DNA from: Gemmatimonadaceae bacterium
Lineage (GTDB): Bacteria > Gemmatimonadota > Gemmatimonadetes > Gemmatimonadales > Gemmatimonadaceae
DNA length: 60,353 nucleotides
Direction of reading: 5' to 3'
NCBI GenBank assembly: GCA_040901985.1
Contig: JBBDYC010000009.1
Coordinates: 1-60,353 of the forward strand
In this document: in pieces, positions 48,224-56,645 of the stretch
How the letters are laid out: every line of letters starts with the position of its first letter
Position numbering within the stretch: position 1 is the stretch's first letter
Notes under the pieces: generated by a model
The model's database searches: none
Seen by the model: the letters and a program-made list of their open reading frames with translations, nothing else
What the model was told of the DNA's origin: nothing
Made by a program: the position numbers and the translations under genes

Positions 48224-49123
48224 CTACCCTCCGGCCCTCCGGTAGCCTTCCCGGGACCGGCCGACCAGGCCGAAGAGCTCGAGCCGCAGCAGCGACTCAG
48301 CTGTCTGACTAGTTGACAGTCCGGCCTCGGCTGCGATCGCCTCAACCGACCACAGGCCCCGACCTACCGCCACGAGTACCCGCCCGTCGGGGCTATCTGG
48401 GTCGCCCCCTATTTGCTGGACCTGTGAAGTGTTTTCGGTGCCTAGGCCTGTGGACAAGCCGAAAGTCGTCAACAAGTCCTCCACATCGGTAATCACGTGC
48501 GCCCCGTCCCGGATCAGGATGTTCGACCCGGCCGCCCGGGGGTCGTCAATCTGGCCAGGGACCGCCGCCACGCTTCTGCCTAGCTCCAGCGCCTGGCTTG
48601 CCGTATTGATTGCCCCCGACTTGAACCCCGCCTCGACGACCACCGTGACCCGGGCCAGCGCCGCAATGATCCGATTTCGGCGGGGAAAGCACCCTGGGAA
48701 GGCCAGCGTCCCTGGCGGGACCTCGGACACCACCGCGCCCTGCGCCTGGATTGCTGCGTGGAGAGCGCGGTGCCCTGCCGGATACGGAACATCCACCCCG
48801 GTCCCCTGCACCGCTATGGTCCGGCCACCCGCCGCCATCGCCGCGCGATGCGCGGCGGCATCTATCCCCCTGGCCATCCCGCTCACGACCACCAGGCCGA
48901 CCCTGGCGCAGGCCGCGGCGAGCCGCGCGGCCGTCCGCTCGCCGTACGCCGACGCCTCCCGGGTGCCCACGATGGCCACGAACTGCCCCTCGCTGAGCAC
49001 TGCGGGGTCGCCCAGGCACCACAATCCCGCTGGCGGGTGCGAAAGATCGCGCAACGCGGCGGGGAGCAGGGCCAGGTCGAGCCGGATGGGCGCCGGCGCC
49101 GTCCCCGCCGCGCCGGCGGTCAT
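48224..49123 (-). CDS. dprA: DNA processing protein DprA
   Basis: VAIVGTR, VSGMARGIDAAAH, FPRRNRIIA, VVEAG..SGA. Confidence 0.95.
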   Translation of the reverse strand: MTAGAAGTAPAPIRLDLALLPAALRDLSHPPAGLWCLGDPAVLSEGQFVAIVGTREASAYGERTAARLAAACARVGLVVVSGMARGIDAAAHRAAMAAGGRTIAVQGTGVDVPYPAGHRALHAAIQAQGAVVSEVPPGTLAFPGCFPRRNRIIAALARVTVVVEAGFKSGAINTASQALELGRSVAAVPGQIDDPRAAGSNILIRDGAHVITDVEDLLTTFGLSTGLGTENTSQVQQIGGDPDSPDGRVLVAVGRGLWSVEAIAAEAGLSTSQTAESLLRLELFGLVGRSREGYRRAGG

Positions 49124-50127
49124 CCCAGCGGCAGGACCCCGGCCGCCTTCCGCATCCGCAACAGTTCGGTCCACCACGCCGCCTTGAGGTCGTCCAGCCC
49201 GAGCCGGCCGGCGGCCGAGATCGAGTACTTGCCAAAGGCGCCCGGCGCCTCGATCTCCGGCACGTAGTGCTCGCCCAGCAGGTCGAGCTTGGTGAAGACC
49301 ACGCAGTGCGGCTTGGCCGCGAGCTCGCTCGAGTAACTCGACACCTCGGCGCGCAGTTGGTCGTACTCGGCCTGCCAGTCCATCGTGTCTATCGGGATGA
49401 GGAACGCGAGGAGCCGCGTGCGCTCGATGTGGCGGAGGAACTGCAGCCCCAGGCCCTTGCCGGTGTGCGCGCCTTCGATGATGCCCGGGATGTCGGCGAC
49501 CACGAACGTCCGCGAGTCGCTCAACTGCACCACGCCCAGGTTCGGCGCGAGGGTCGTGAACGGGTAGTCGGCGATCTTCGGCCGGGCGGCGGAGATCACC
49601 GAGAGGAGGGTGGACTTCCCCGCATTCGGCTGGCCGACCAGCCCGATGTCGGCAATGAGCTTGAGCTCGAGCTCGAGCGTGCGGACCTCGCCTTCCTCGC
49701 CCGGCTGCCACTCTCGCGGCGACTGGTGCGTGGCGGTGGCGAAGAACGTGTTCCCGCGCCCGCCGCGGCCCCCCTTGGCCACGCGGATCTCCTCGCCGTG
49801 CTCGAGCACCTCGGCGATTCGCTCGCCGGTGTCGCGGTCGCGGAGAATCGTGCCCGGCGGGACGGGGAGGACGACGTCCTGCCCGGAACGGCCGGTCTTG
49901 TTGGAGCCCATCCCGTGTTCGCCGCGCTCGGCTTCCCAGTGGTCCCGGTAGGTGAAGTCGAGCAGCGTCGAGAGATTGGCGTCGCCGCGCACGAGCACGT
50001 CGCCGCCCTGCCCGCCGTCGCCGCCGTCGGGGCCACCCATCGGCGCAAACTTCTCGCGCCGGAACGACGTGCAGCCGGAGCCGCCCGTGCCGGCGGTCAC
50101 GCGGACGGTGACGAGGTCAATGAACAA
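49120..50127 (-). CDS. obgE: GTPase ObgE
   Basis: FRREKFAPMGGPDGGDGG, GQPNAGKS, YPFTT, DIPG; TTG start inferred. Confidence 0.97.
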   Translation of the reverse strand: MFIDLVTVRVTAGTGGSGCTSFRREKFAPMGGPDGGDGGQGGDVLVRGDANLSTLLDFTYRDHWEAERGEHGMGSNKTGRSGQDVVLPVPPGTILRDRDTGERIAEVLEHGEEIRVAKGGRGGRGNTFFATATHQSPREWQPGEEGEVRTLELELKLIADIGLVGQPNAGKSTLLSVISAARPKIADYPFTTLAPNLGVVQLSDSRTFVVADIPGIIEGAHTGKGLGLQFLRHIERTRLLAFLIPIDTMDWQAEYDQLRAEVSSYSSELAAKPHCVVFTKLDLLGEHYVPEIEAPGAFGKYSISAAGRLGLDDLKAAWWTELLRMRKAAGVLPLG

Positions 50128-50236
50128 CAGGTGAGAGGCGAAAGGTGAGCGGTGAAAGGCGGTGCGGCGCTGAAAGCTATACGGAACCACGACTGCGACC
50201 GGGGGGCGGCATCAATTCGTTTCCCGCTGGCGCCGG

Positions 50237-50872
50237 CTATTTGCCGAGTACCCGGGCCAGGAGGCGTTCGGCGCGTTCGAGGGCGTCCACGTCCACGATC
50301 CCTTCGAGGGCGTCGAGCGTGCCGGCGACGTCCGTCTCGGTGGCGCCGGCGTTGAGGGCGCCGTGCAGGTGGGAGTGCAGCTGCCGGTCCTGCGCCGTGG
50401 CCACGCAGGCGGCGACGATGCAGAGCTCGCGCAGCCGGAGCTCGAGGCCGGGACGCGAGAGGATCTTGCCGTACCCCTCGACGATCATCCAGTCGTCGAG
50501 CGCCGGGTGGAGCGTCACGATGTTGTGGCGGAGCCGCTCGTAGAACTTGCCGTAGACCATCGCGCAGGTCGCCTCGCCCTGGGCGCGCCAGCGCTCGAGG
50601 TCCGGCGCCGGAAGATCCTCGTGCGCCGGCGCGGCGGTGCCGCTCACACGCCGCCACTCGCGGGTGGCGTTGAGCGCGCGGGGAAAACCGGCAAAGAGGT
50701 ACGCCTGGAGGATTGCCTCCTCCACCCACGGCGTCGGCACGAGCGCCTCGACGGCCTCGGCGCAGGCCTCGCGCACCTCCGCCTCCGTGCCGGCGGCGAT
50801 TCGCGCCGAGAGCCGCACGAGCGCGGCCACCTCGGGCGCGAGGGGCGGCGTCACGCCGACGTCCCGCGCCAC
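50237..50872 (-). CDS. Carboxymuconolactone decarboxylase/AhpD-like protein
   Basis: YLFAGFPRALN, YGKILSRPGL..RELC..QLHSHLHGALNAG. Confidence 0.82.
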   Translation of the reverse strand: MARDVGVTPPLAPEVAALVRLSARIAAGTEAEVREACAEAVEALVPTPWVEEAILQAYLFAGFPRALNATREWRRVSGTAAPAHEDLPAPDLERWRAQGEATCAMVYGKFYERLRHNIVTLHPALDDWMIVEGYGKILSRPGLELRLRELCIVAACVATAQDRQLHSHLHGALNAGATETDVAGTLDALEGIVDVDALERAERLLARVLGK

Positions 50873-50885
50873 GGCACGTCGCGCG

Positions 50886-51881
50886 TCACGCCGTCAGCGC
50901 TCCCCGCACCTCGCCCACCTGCTCGCCGCGCGTGTTGCGCAGCGGCTTGGCGGCAAAGTCCGCCAGCCGCGGCGAGAGGTCTGCCGGCAGCACGCCCAAC
51001 TGCTGGAGCGCGTGCACCACCGCGATATGCTGGGCCCGCAGCGCGCCGTCCTCGACCTTGAGCGCGAGCCCGATCCCGAGCGCCGGGACGAGCACCGAGT
51101 GTACGCCCTCGGCGCCGACCTTGGCGATCACCGCGCCGTCCGTCTCCTCGAGGATCACCGTGTCAAAGCGATCCGTGCCGCCGAAGAGCATCGGGTGCGC
51201 GCGGACGGCCTTGGCGATCCGCGCCGGCGTCTCCTCACCGGCGGCGATCGCGCGGCCAAACCGCGCATAGGCGAGCGCCATCCGGTCGAGCGGCAACGCC
51301 ATCACCGCCACCCCGCAGCCGTCAATGCCGAGTGCCATATCGTCGAGCGGCACACCGGTCCAGGCCGAGACCTCGCCCAGGCAGGCGCGTTGCACCGGGT
51401 GGTCGGCCGCCTCGTAGCCACGGGTTGCGAAGCCCGCCGTCTTCGCGCGGGCGAGCATCGCCGCGTGCTTGCCGCTGCAGTTGTTGTGGAGCCGGCTCGG
51501 CGACTGGCCGGCGTCGCGCAGGAGCTTGGCGCCGCGCGGCGCGAGCGGTTCGTGGGCCCCGCAGGCGAGGTCCCCCTCCTCGAGTTCGAGCGAGGCGAGC
51601 ATCCGCGCCACCACCGCCACGTGTTCGGGCTCTCCACCGTGCGAGGCGACGGCGAGGGCGAGTTCCTCGTCGCCCCACTTGAGCTGGTCGAAGCCGCCGC
51701 CGGCGACGAGCGGCATCACCTGGAAGAACTTGGCGCAGGAGCGCCACATCGAGACGAGCGCGCTGTCGCGTGCGGCGGCGATCAGGACATCGTCCGGGCC
51801 GATGACCGCGGCGTGGACGCGATGGCGCGATTCGACGACCTCGCCCCGGGTGACCTCGACGTCGAGGTTGAGTGCCAGCAT
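50886..51881 (-). CDS. L-asparaginase II (Rhizobium etli AnsA type)
   Basis: RGEVVESRH, RSCAK, ASHGGE, HNNCSGKH, DGCG, KVGAEG. Confidence 0.9.
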   Translation of the reverse strand: MLALNLDVEVTRGEVVESRHRVHAAVIGPDDVLIAAARDSALVSMWRSCAKFFQVMPLVAGGGFDQLKWGDEELALAVASHGGEPEHVAVVARMLASLELEEGDLACGAHEPLAPRGAKLLRDAGQSPSRLHNNCSGKHAAMLARAKTAGFATRGYEAADHPVQRACLGEVSAWTGVPLDDMALGIDGCGVAVMALPLDRMALAYARFGRAIAAGEETPARIAKAVRAHPMLFGGTDRFDTVILEETDGAVIAKVGAEGVHSVLVPALGIGLALKVEDGALRAQHIAVVHALQQLGVLPADLSPRLADFAAKPLRNTRGEQVGEVRGALTA

Positions 51882-51963
51882 GCGTCGAAAGCTATGGCGC
51901 GTACCCGGCCAACGCGGAGGGGGCGCGTTCAGAGGTCGTCATCTCACTCGCTTTCGTCGCGCG

Positions 51964-52008
51964 CAATCGGCGTCCCGTTCAATCGGCGTCCCGTTCAATC
52001 GGCGTCCC
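51964..52008. repeat. 16-bp tandem repeat, about 2.8 copies
   Basis: CAATCGGCGTCCCGTT x2 + CAATCGGCGTCCC. Confidence 0.9.
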
Positions 52009-52152
52009 CCGCAACTCGCGGTTCACCCGGGCGCTTTCGGCGGCCACGCGCGGAATCACGCGCGACCAGCGGGCCGAGCGCGCGTCGCGCTCGATCCGGG
52101 CGTCGAGGAGGTCGGCGTCCTCCTCTCGCAGCATCTTCGGCGACCTAGGCAT
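51979..52152 (-). pseudogene. 57-aa antitoxin-like ORF, probable TA remnant
   Basis: MPRSPKMLREEDADLLDARIERDARSARWSRVIPRVAAESARVNRELRGTPIERDAD; TTGCGT-17-TATCAT 5 nt before ATG. Confidence 0.4.
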
Positions 52153-52186
52153 ATCCGATGATATGCCGAGGTCCCCGATGACGCAA
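52142..52186 (-). promoter_or_regulatory. Leaderless promoter overlapped by palindrome
   Basis: GACCTAGGCATATC-CGAT-GATATGCCGAGGTC (13/14 arms) spans -10 and ATG. Confidence 0.5.
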
Positions 52187-52212
52187 AGGTTCGGTAGTGG
52201 TACAGTTTGGCT

Positions 52213-52872
52213 CTAGGGCCGCGAGATTCGCGCTCGATCCCTGAAAACGTCGAACGATCCCCAACAGGACGTGGCCAAGTCGATTCCCTTTGGTGGAAAT
52301 CCGGCTTGAATGATCTTTAGTCCTCTCGCGTTCAGAAACTCGACGGCGGGCACGAGATCGCTGTCCAGCGTAGCCAGTACGGCGAGGTCATACGCCCCTT
52401 CCCACGCAAGTCGAATCATGTCGGTTGCGATGAGAGTATCGACCCCCTTCTCGACCGTCGATGTGATTGGCTTAGCGCAGTCGCCGCGATGACAGTGAGT
52501 GAGCGGACGATGGCACGCTGGGCAGTTGAGCATCCCGCGCGGTTTCCGTTCGCGGAGCTGCACGTTCACCCCCGGCTGGCGATCCAGCCAGGTGTTGACC
52601 CAGTTGCGGAACTTCGCGCCTTCAGGCGTCGAAGGGTTGTACGACGTGTAGATGATGACGCCGTCGAACGTGTGATTGCGAATGGACGCCACTTCTCAGG
52701 CCTTCGCGGCTAGCCACGGCCCCACCTTCTTCCAGTCGATCTTCACCCGAAAATCGGGTACGCCCCGCGCGAACGACTCTCGCTCGTTTAGTGACAACTG
52801 GAAATTCCAGTAGTCGACGAAAACGCGAACCCTCACGGGAGGGTTCGGGGGAGTGGTGACTGGGGCAGTCAT
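52213..52872 (-). pseudogene. NYN/PIN-fold RNase with Cys-rich insert; in-frame TGA at codon 59
   Basis: VFVDYWNF, CPAC..CHRGDC, EKGVDT, LDSDLVP all in one frame; TGA at 52698-52696. Confidence 0.8.
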
Positions 52873-52908
52873 CTTGGTCTCTGCGGCGGAGGAAGGGGTG
52901 ACGGGAGC

Positions 52909-53044
52909 AAAATACGGGGGACAGGCCCATTGAGCCTGTCCCCCGGGGTCACAATTATCAGCCGGACGGTTCTCCGCGTGCTGGGAGGGTCCAAACTGAT
53001 GGGCCGCAATGCACGGAAACTACTGTCTCTTGGACTCTTGTCAA
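52909..53044 (-). promoter_or_regulatory. NYN promoter, structured leader and terminator-like hairpin
   Basis: TTGACA-16-TAGTTT; GGGGGACAGGC/GCCTGTCCCCC 11-bp stem followed by GTATTTT. Confidence 0.6.
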
Positions 53045-53088
53045 GACAAAAGGTTTCCCGAAGCTGCAAACTAGTGCGGCCCAATACG

Positions 53089-53940
53089 TTAAACCTGACC
53101 CAACAGCCCGACGACTTCCTCCATCGTCCAAGCGTGATCGGCCACACCAGCGGCCATTGCGGGGGTCTGCTTGATGCCACCCTTGGCTTTGGTCAGCGTC
53201 TGGTGCGGACGACAGAAGTTGTAATGCATGAAGTACAGTGCTAGCGCGTGAGCGTGGTTTTCCATCTTCTTCGAGAATACGTTCGTGAGGCGGGTGAAGC
53301 GGCGCATGTTCATGAGCATCGTCTGGTTCTGGCGTTCGGCGTAACTCGTTGAAATGCGCTTCGGGTCAGGATTCCCCATGACCCATTCGGCCTGTGCGCC
53401 GATGATCTGCGGGGGGCTGTAGCGCGTCTGACCTTCCGGCGCTGGGCCGTAGATCTTCATCAACATCGCGTAGTCAACGCCGTTCCAGCCGAACGCCCCT
53501 TCGACGCCGCGCAGGTACGCGCGGTGACCGTCCGTCGTGAGCTGGACGCGGTGACGGAGGCGTGACGCAAGGTCCTCCATGAACAGCGCGGCGGCGTTCG
53601 CATCGCGCGTCCCAAGGTGCCAGCACGGGATGAGCTTCGTGTCCGCACAAATCGCCGTCCACGTCCACACGTCGCCACGTCCGCGCCCCTTTTCGTCGCG
53701 CGGGACATTCTTTTCCTTCGCCCCGACCCATGACCAAATCTCGTCGCATTCTATTGTGCGGCACGGCAGGTCATTGAGCGTCGCGCGTTGGTACTCCGCG
53801 CAGACCTCGCCAATGTCGGCCAGCAGTTTGAGGGCCGTGACCTTGCTGACCCCGATCATACGGGAGGCGGCAGAAACGGAGGCTCCGTCCACGAGGGAGC
53901 GGAGAAGGGCGGCGCGCTTTTCAGTCGAAAGTCGGTTCAT
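53089..53940 (-). CDS. IS1-family DDE transposase, single ORF
   Basis: N-terminal HTH; ECDEIWSWV, LTTDG, SYAERQN, RRFTRLT..FSKK. Confidence 0.92.
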   Translation of the reverse strand: MNRLSTEKRAALLRSLVDGASVSAASRMIGVSKVTALKLLADIGEVCAEYQRATLNDLPCRTIECDEIWSWVGAKEKNVPRDEKGRGRGDVWTWTAICADTKLIPCWHLGTRDANAAALFMEDLASRLRHRVQLTTDGHRAYLRGVEGAFGWNGVDYAMLMKIYGPAPEGQTRYSPPQIIGAQAEWVMGNPDPKRISTSYAERQNQTMLMNMRRFTRLTNVFSKKMENHAHALALYFMHYNFCRPHQTLTKAKGGIKQTPAMAAGVADHAWTMEEVVGLLGQV

Positions 53941-54341
53941 TGCTCAGTCCGGTTAGTGAAACTGAACACATATGCTTGTTTCTGCACTCGGGCGCAACCC
54001 CCTCTCAGACTCGCAACCGGGGGACCGAACGGATAGCAAAACCCCCCGGACTGGTCCGCAGCCACGAGGGGTAGACAACACCTTGGAAACCGACTACTCC
54101 TTAAAGCACGAGCCGAGCGCCCTTTTCTACGGGGTGCGCTCGGCTCGTGTGACACCCACACTGAACACGAAGTCCAGCGGGGCAAAAAACAAATGTCGTT
54201 GAGGAACTAGGAGGGGGGCGGCCCGACGGGGTTGCCCCCCTCCGCTATTTCAACCATGAAACACCAGACGCGCTACGTGTCAATACCTGTTAACCTAACT
54301 CTTGACACTTGGGAAGCAAGTGCCACTTTGCCGTCGTCCGG
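53941..54341. ncRNA. Multi-hairpin non-coding spacer in the IS, putative regulatory RNA
   Basis: Stems 54017-54049, 54068-54100, 54107-54149 (14 bp perfect), 54210-54243. Confidence 0.4.
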
Positions 54342-54557
54342 CTACTTCTTCCAACGAGCCGCTGCCGCCTTCCGGGCGATGACCCGCCGCGTGACCGCTG
54401 ACAGCTTCGCGGCCCGTGCCTCACCCCGTTTTGACTCCTTCGGATTGACGGGCGTCACCTCGGGCTCCTCCACCTGCTTAGTCGCCAGATCACCGACCAT
54501 CTTGGCGTGCTGGTTCACGTCGCGCGGACGCACTGGCTTGAGCGGTTTCTTTGGCAT
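54342..54557 (-). CDS. Small basic IS-associated protein (71 aa)
   Basis: RPRDVNQHAKMVGDLAT..GEARAAKLS..IARKAAAARW; -10-like TAGCTT 6 nt before ATG. Confidence 0.8.
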   Translation of the reverse strand: MPKKPLKPVRPRDVNQHAKMVGDLATKQVEEPEVTPVNPKESKRGEARAAKLSAVTRRVIARKAAAARWKK

Positions 54558-54639
54558 GACGCGAAGCTAAGAATCGCGGCACCCGTGCGCCACGCCCTCA
54601 TCTTAGCAAACTGTACCATTGCCAAAGGTTCGCCACGCG

Positions 54640-55179
54640 CTACCGGAAGAGCTCGTCCAGCTTGATCTCCAGCGCGGGTACATCGGGGCGCGGTTGCCAG
54701 CGGAGGGTGTCGGTGACGCGCTCGTCGTCGCCACCGGGGCGGATCGCGGTGACCTGGCGCTTCTCCGTGTCCACAATCCAGTACTCCGGGATTCCCCACC
54801 GAAGGTAGGCCGTGCGCTTGCTGACGAGGTCGCGGCGCTGCGTCGCGGGGGAGAGGACCTCGACGACAAGGGTCGGGAGCGGGAGATCCTCCCACTTCGC
54901 TGCGTCGCGCATCCCGACGCCGAGGAAGACGGCGATATCGGGTTGCAACTCGTTGTCGCCGTTTGGAACGGCCCCTGGGGCCGACGCAAAGCCTACCCCG
55001 TGGCGCCGGCAGTACGCCGAGATCAGGCCACCAAGCATCAGCGCCACCGCTTGATGCGGTATGGACGGGAGCGGCGTCACCAGCAGGTCCCCGTGGAGGA
55101 CCTCGTAGCGGTTGCCGTCGTCGGGGAGGCGCACCAGTTCGGCGCGGGTCCACGGTCGGGTCTTGGTGGCCATCTGCAT
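54640..55179 (-). CDS. Uma2-family endonuclease
   Basis: LPDDGNRYEV, QPDI, VVEVLSP, GIPEYWIVD. Confidence 0.92.
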   Translation of the reverse strand: MQMATKTRPWTRAELVRLPDDGNRYEVLHGDLLVTPLPSIPHQAVALMLGGLISAYCRRHGVGFASAPGAVPNGDNELQPDIAVFLGVGMRDAAKWEDLPLPTLVVEVLSPATQRRDLVSKRTAYLRWGIPEYWIVDTEKRQVTAIRPGGDDERVTDTLRWQPRPDVPALEIKLDELFR

Positions 55180-55279
55180 AGGCTAACGGGCCTCGGCGGG
55201 AGAAGGCAACTCGGCATCGGCCGAGGATGGGGCGCGCCGTGGCGAGGGCGTCACCGAAACGCCGCAGGGAGAGTCGGCG

Positions 55280-56605
55280 CTACCGCGCCTTCGCCAGCGC
55301 GAGGAGCCGCTCCCGCGTGTTGCGCGCCGGATCCTCCAGCACCGCGTCGAGCAGCCGCTGGAGCGTCTCCCCCATCGCGCGGCCGTCGGGGATGCCCACC
55401 GTGCGCAGGTCGTCGCCATCCACCGCGAGGTCGGCCAACGTGAGCGGGTCGGTGAAGGCGCTGCGGAGCGCCGCGCGGTAGAGGGCGATGCCGCGGCGGC
55501 GCGCCGGGGCAGCCGCGCCTTTCGCGGGCGCGCCTTCGGCCGGCGCGCCTTCGGCGGCAGCCCGCGCCCAGAGGATCCGCGCCAGCCCCGGGACCATCAG
55601 TCGGCCCACGCGCGCGATCGCCCGCCGCAGCTCCGCGCCCGCCGACGCATCGTCCGCGCCGAGCCGCGCGCCGAGCGCGTCCAGCGTGACGAGTGAACAG
55701 GCGCCCGCGCCGTCGGCCAGGGTGACCGCCGCTCGCGACTCGATGTTGGAGAACTTGAGCGCCTTCAGCGCGCGCTCGAGCGTGCGCGGCGGTGCGACGC
55801 CCGGCTCCACGAACAGCGCCGCCAGCCGCAACAGCCGTCGGTCGGGCCGCCGCGCCAGCGCCGGCCGCGCCAGATGGTCAATCGCACCGAACCGCGCCCG
55901 CGGCGCCTCCGCCAGCAGCGGAATCAGCGCCGCAAGGATCCCCGCCTCGCGGTACCGCTCGAGCGTCGCCGACGGATGCGCCACCTGGTCCATCACCTTC
56001 TCAAGCTCCTGCTTCACCCGCTCCATCGAGAGCCGGCCGAGGTGCGGCGCGCTCTCGCGGATCGCCGCCCACGTGGCGTCGTCCAGCGTGAACTCGAACC
56101 GGCCCGCAAAGCGGAGCGCGCGGAGCGCGCGCAGCCGGTCCTCGCGCATCCGCTCGCGCGCGTCGCCCACGCAGCGCACCAATCGCCGCTTGAGGTCGCC
56201 CTGCCCGTCGTGGGGATCGCGCACCTCACGCGACTCGGCGTGCACGGCGATCGCGTTGATCGTGAAGTCGCGCCGCGCGAGGTCCTCGTCGAGCGAGGCG
56301 CCGAAGCGCACCACCGCGTGGCGGCCGTCCGTCTCCACGTCGTGGCGGAACGTCGTGACCTCGTGGAGGCGGCCGTCGCGGTCGAGCACGCCGACGGTGC
56401 CGAAGGCGATTCCCACCGGGATCGTGCGCTTGAAGAGCTTCTGCACCTGCTCCGGATGCGCGCTCGTCGCGATGTCCCAGTCGAGTGTGTTGATGCCGAG
56501 CAGCGCATCGCGCACGGCTCCGCCCACGCACCAGGCCTCGTTGCCGGCGCGCTCCAGCGTGCGGCAGATCTCTCGCACGGAGTCGGGGGGGTTCAGGTTC
56601 GGCAC
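55280..56605 (-). CDS. cca: CCA-adding tRNA nucleotidyltransferase
   Basis: VGGAVRDALL, DWDIAT, EVTTFR, DLARRDFTINA, EDRLRALRALRF. Confidence 0.88.
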   Translation of the reverse strand: MPNLNPPDSVREICRTLERAGNEAWCVGGAVRDALLGINTLDWDIATSAHPEQVQKLFKRTIPVGIAFGTVGVLDRDGRLHEVTTFRHDVETDGRHAVVRFGASLDEDLARRDFTINAIAVHAESREVRDPHDGQGDLKRRLVRCVGDARERMREDRLRALRALRFAGRFEFTLDDATWAAIRESAPHLGRLSMERVKQELEKVMDQVAHPSATLERYREAGILAALIPLLAEAPRARFGAIDHLARPALARRPDRRLLRLAALFVEPGVAPPRTLERALKALKFSNIESRAAVTLADGAGACSLVTLDALGARLGADDASAGAELRRAIARVGRLMVPGLARILWARAAAEGAPAEGAPAKGAAAPARRRGIALYRAALRSAFTDPLTLADLAVDGDDLRTVGIPDGRAMGETLQRLLDAVLEDPARNTRERLLALAKAR

Positions 56606-56645
56606 AGGCGTAAACTACGGTGGGAGACGGGCGATCGGAGATCTC

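Larger units (their letters stand above)
52193..54623 (-). mobile_element. IS1-family-like transporter IS, 2431 bp
   Basis: TIRs GGTAGTGGTACAGTTTG (52193-52209) and GGCAATGGTACAGTTTG (rc of 54607-54623), 15/17; TSD AAAGGTTC at 52185-52192 and 54624-54631. Confidence 0.93.

Noticed and set aside
51964..52008. 16-bp repeats as a mini-CRISPR
   Set aside because: Directly tandem with no spacers, and no cas genes in the window
52991..53070. Internal partial matches to the TIR (CCAAACTG, GCAAACT) and TSD (AAAGGTT)
   Set aside because: Only 7-8 nt; cannot be distinguished from chance, so not evidence of nested ends or guide RNA
55515..55560. Short repeat encoding AEGAP/AKGA in cca
   Set aside because: Low-complexity in-frame linker duplication
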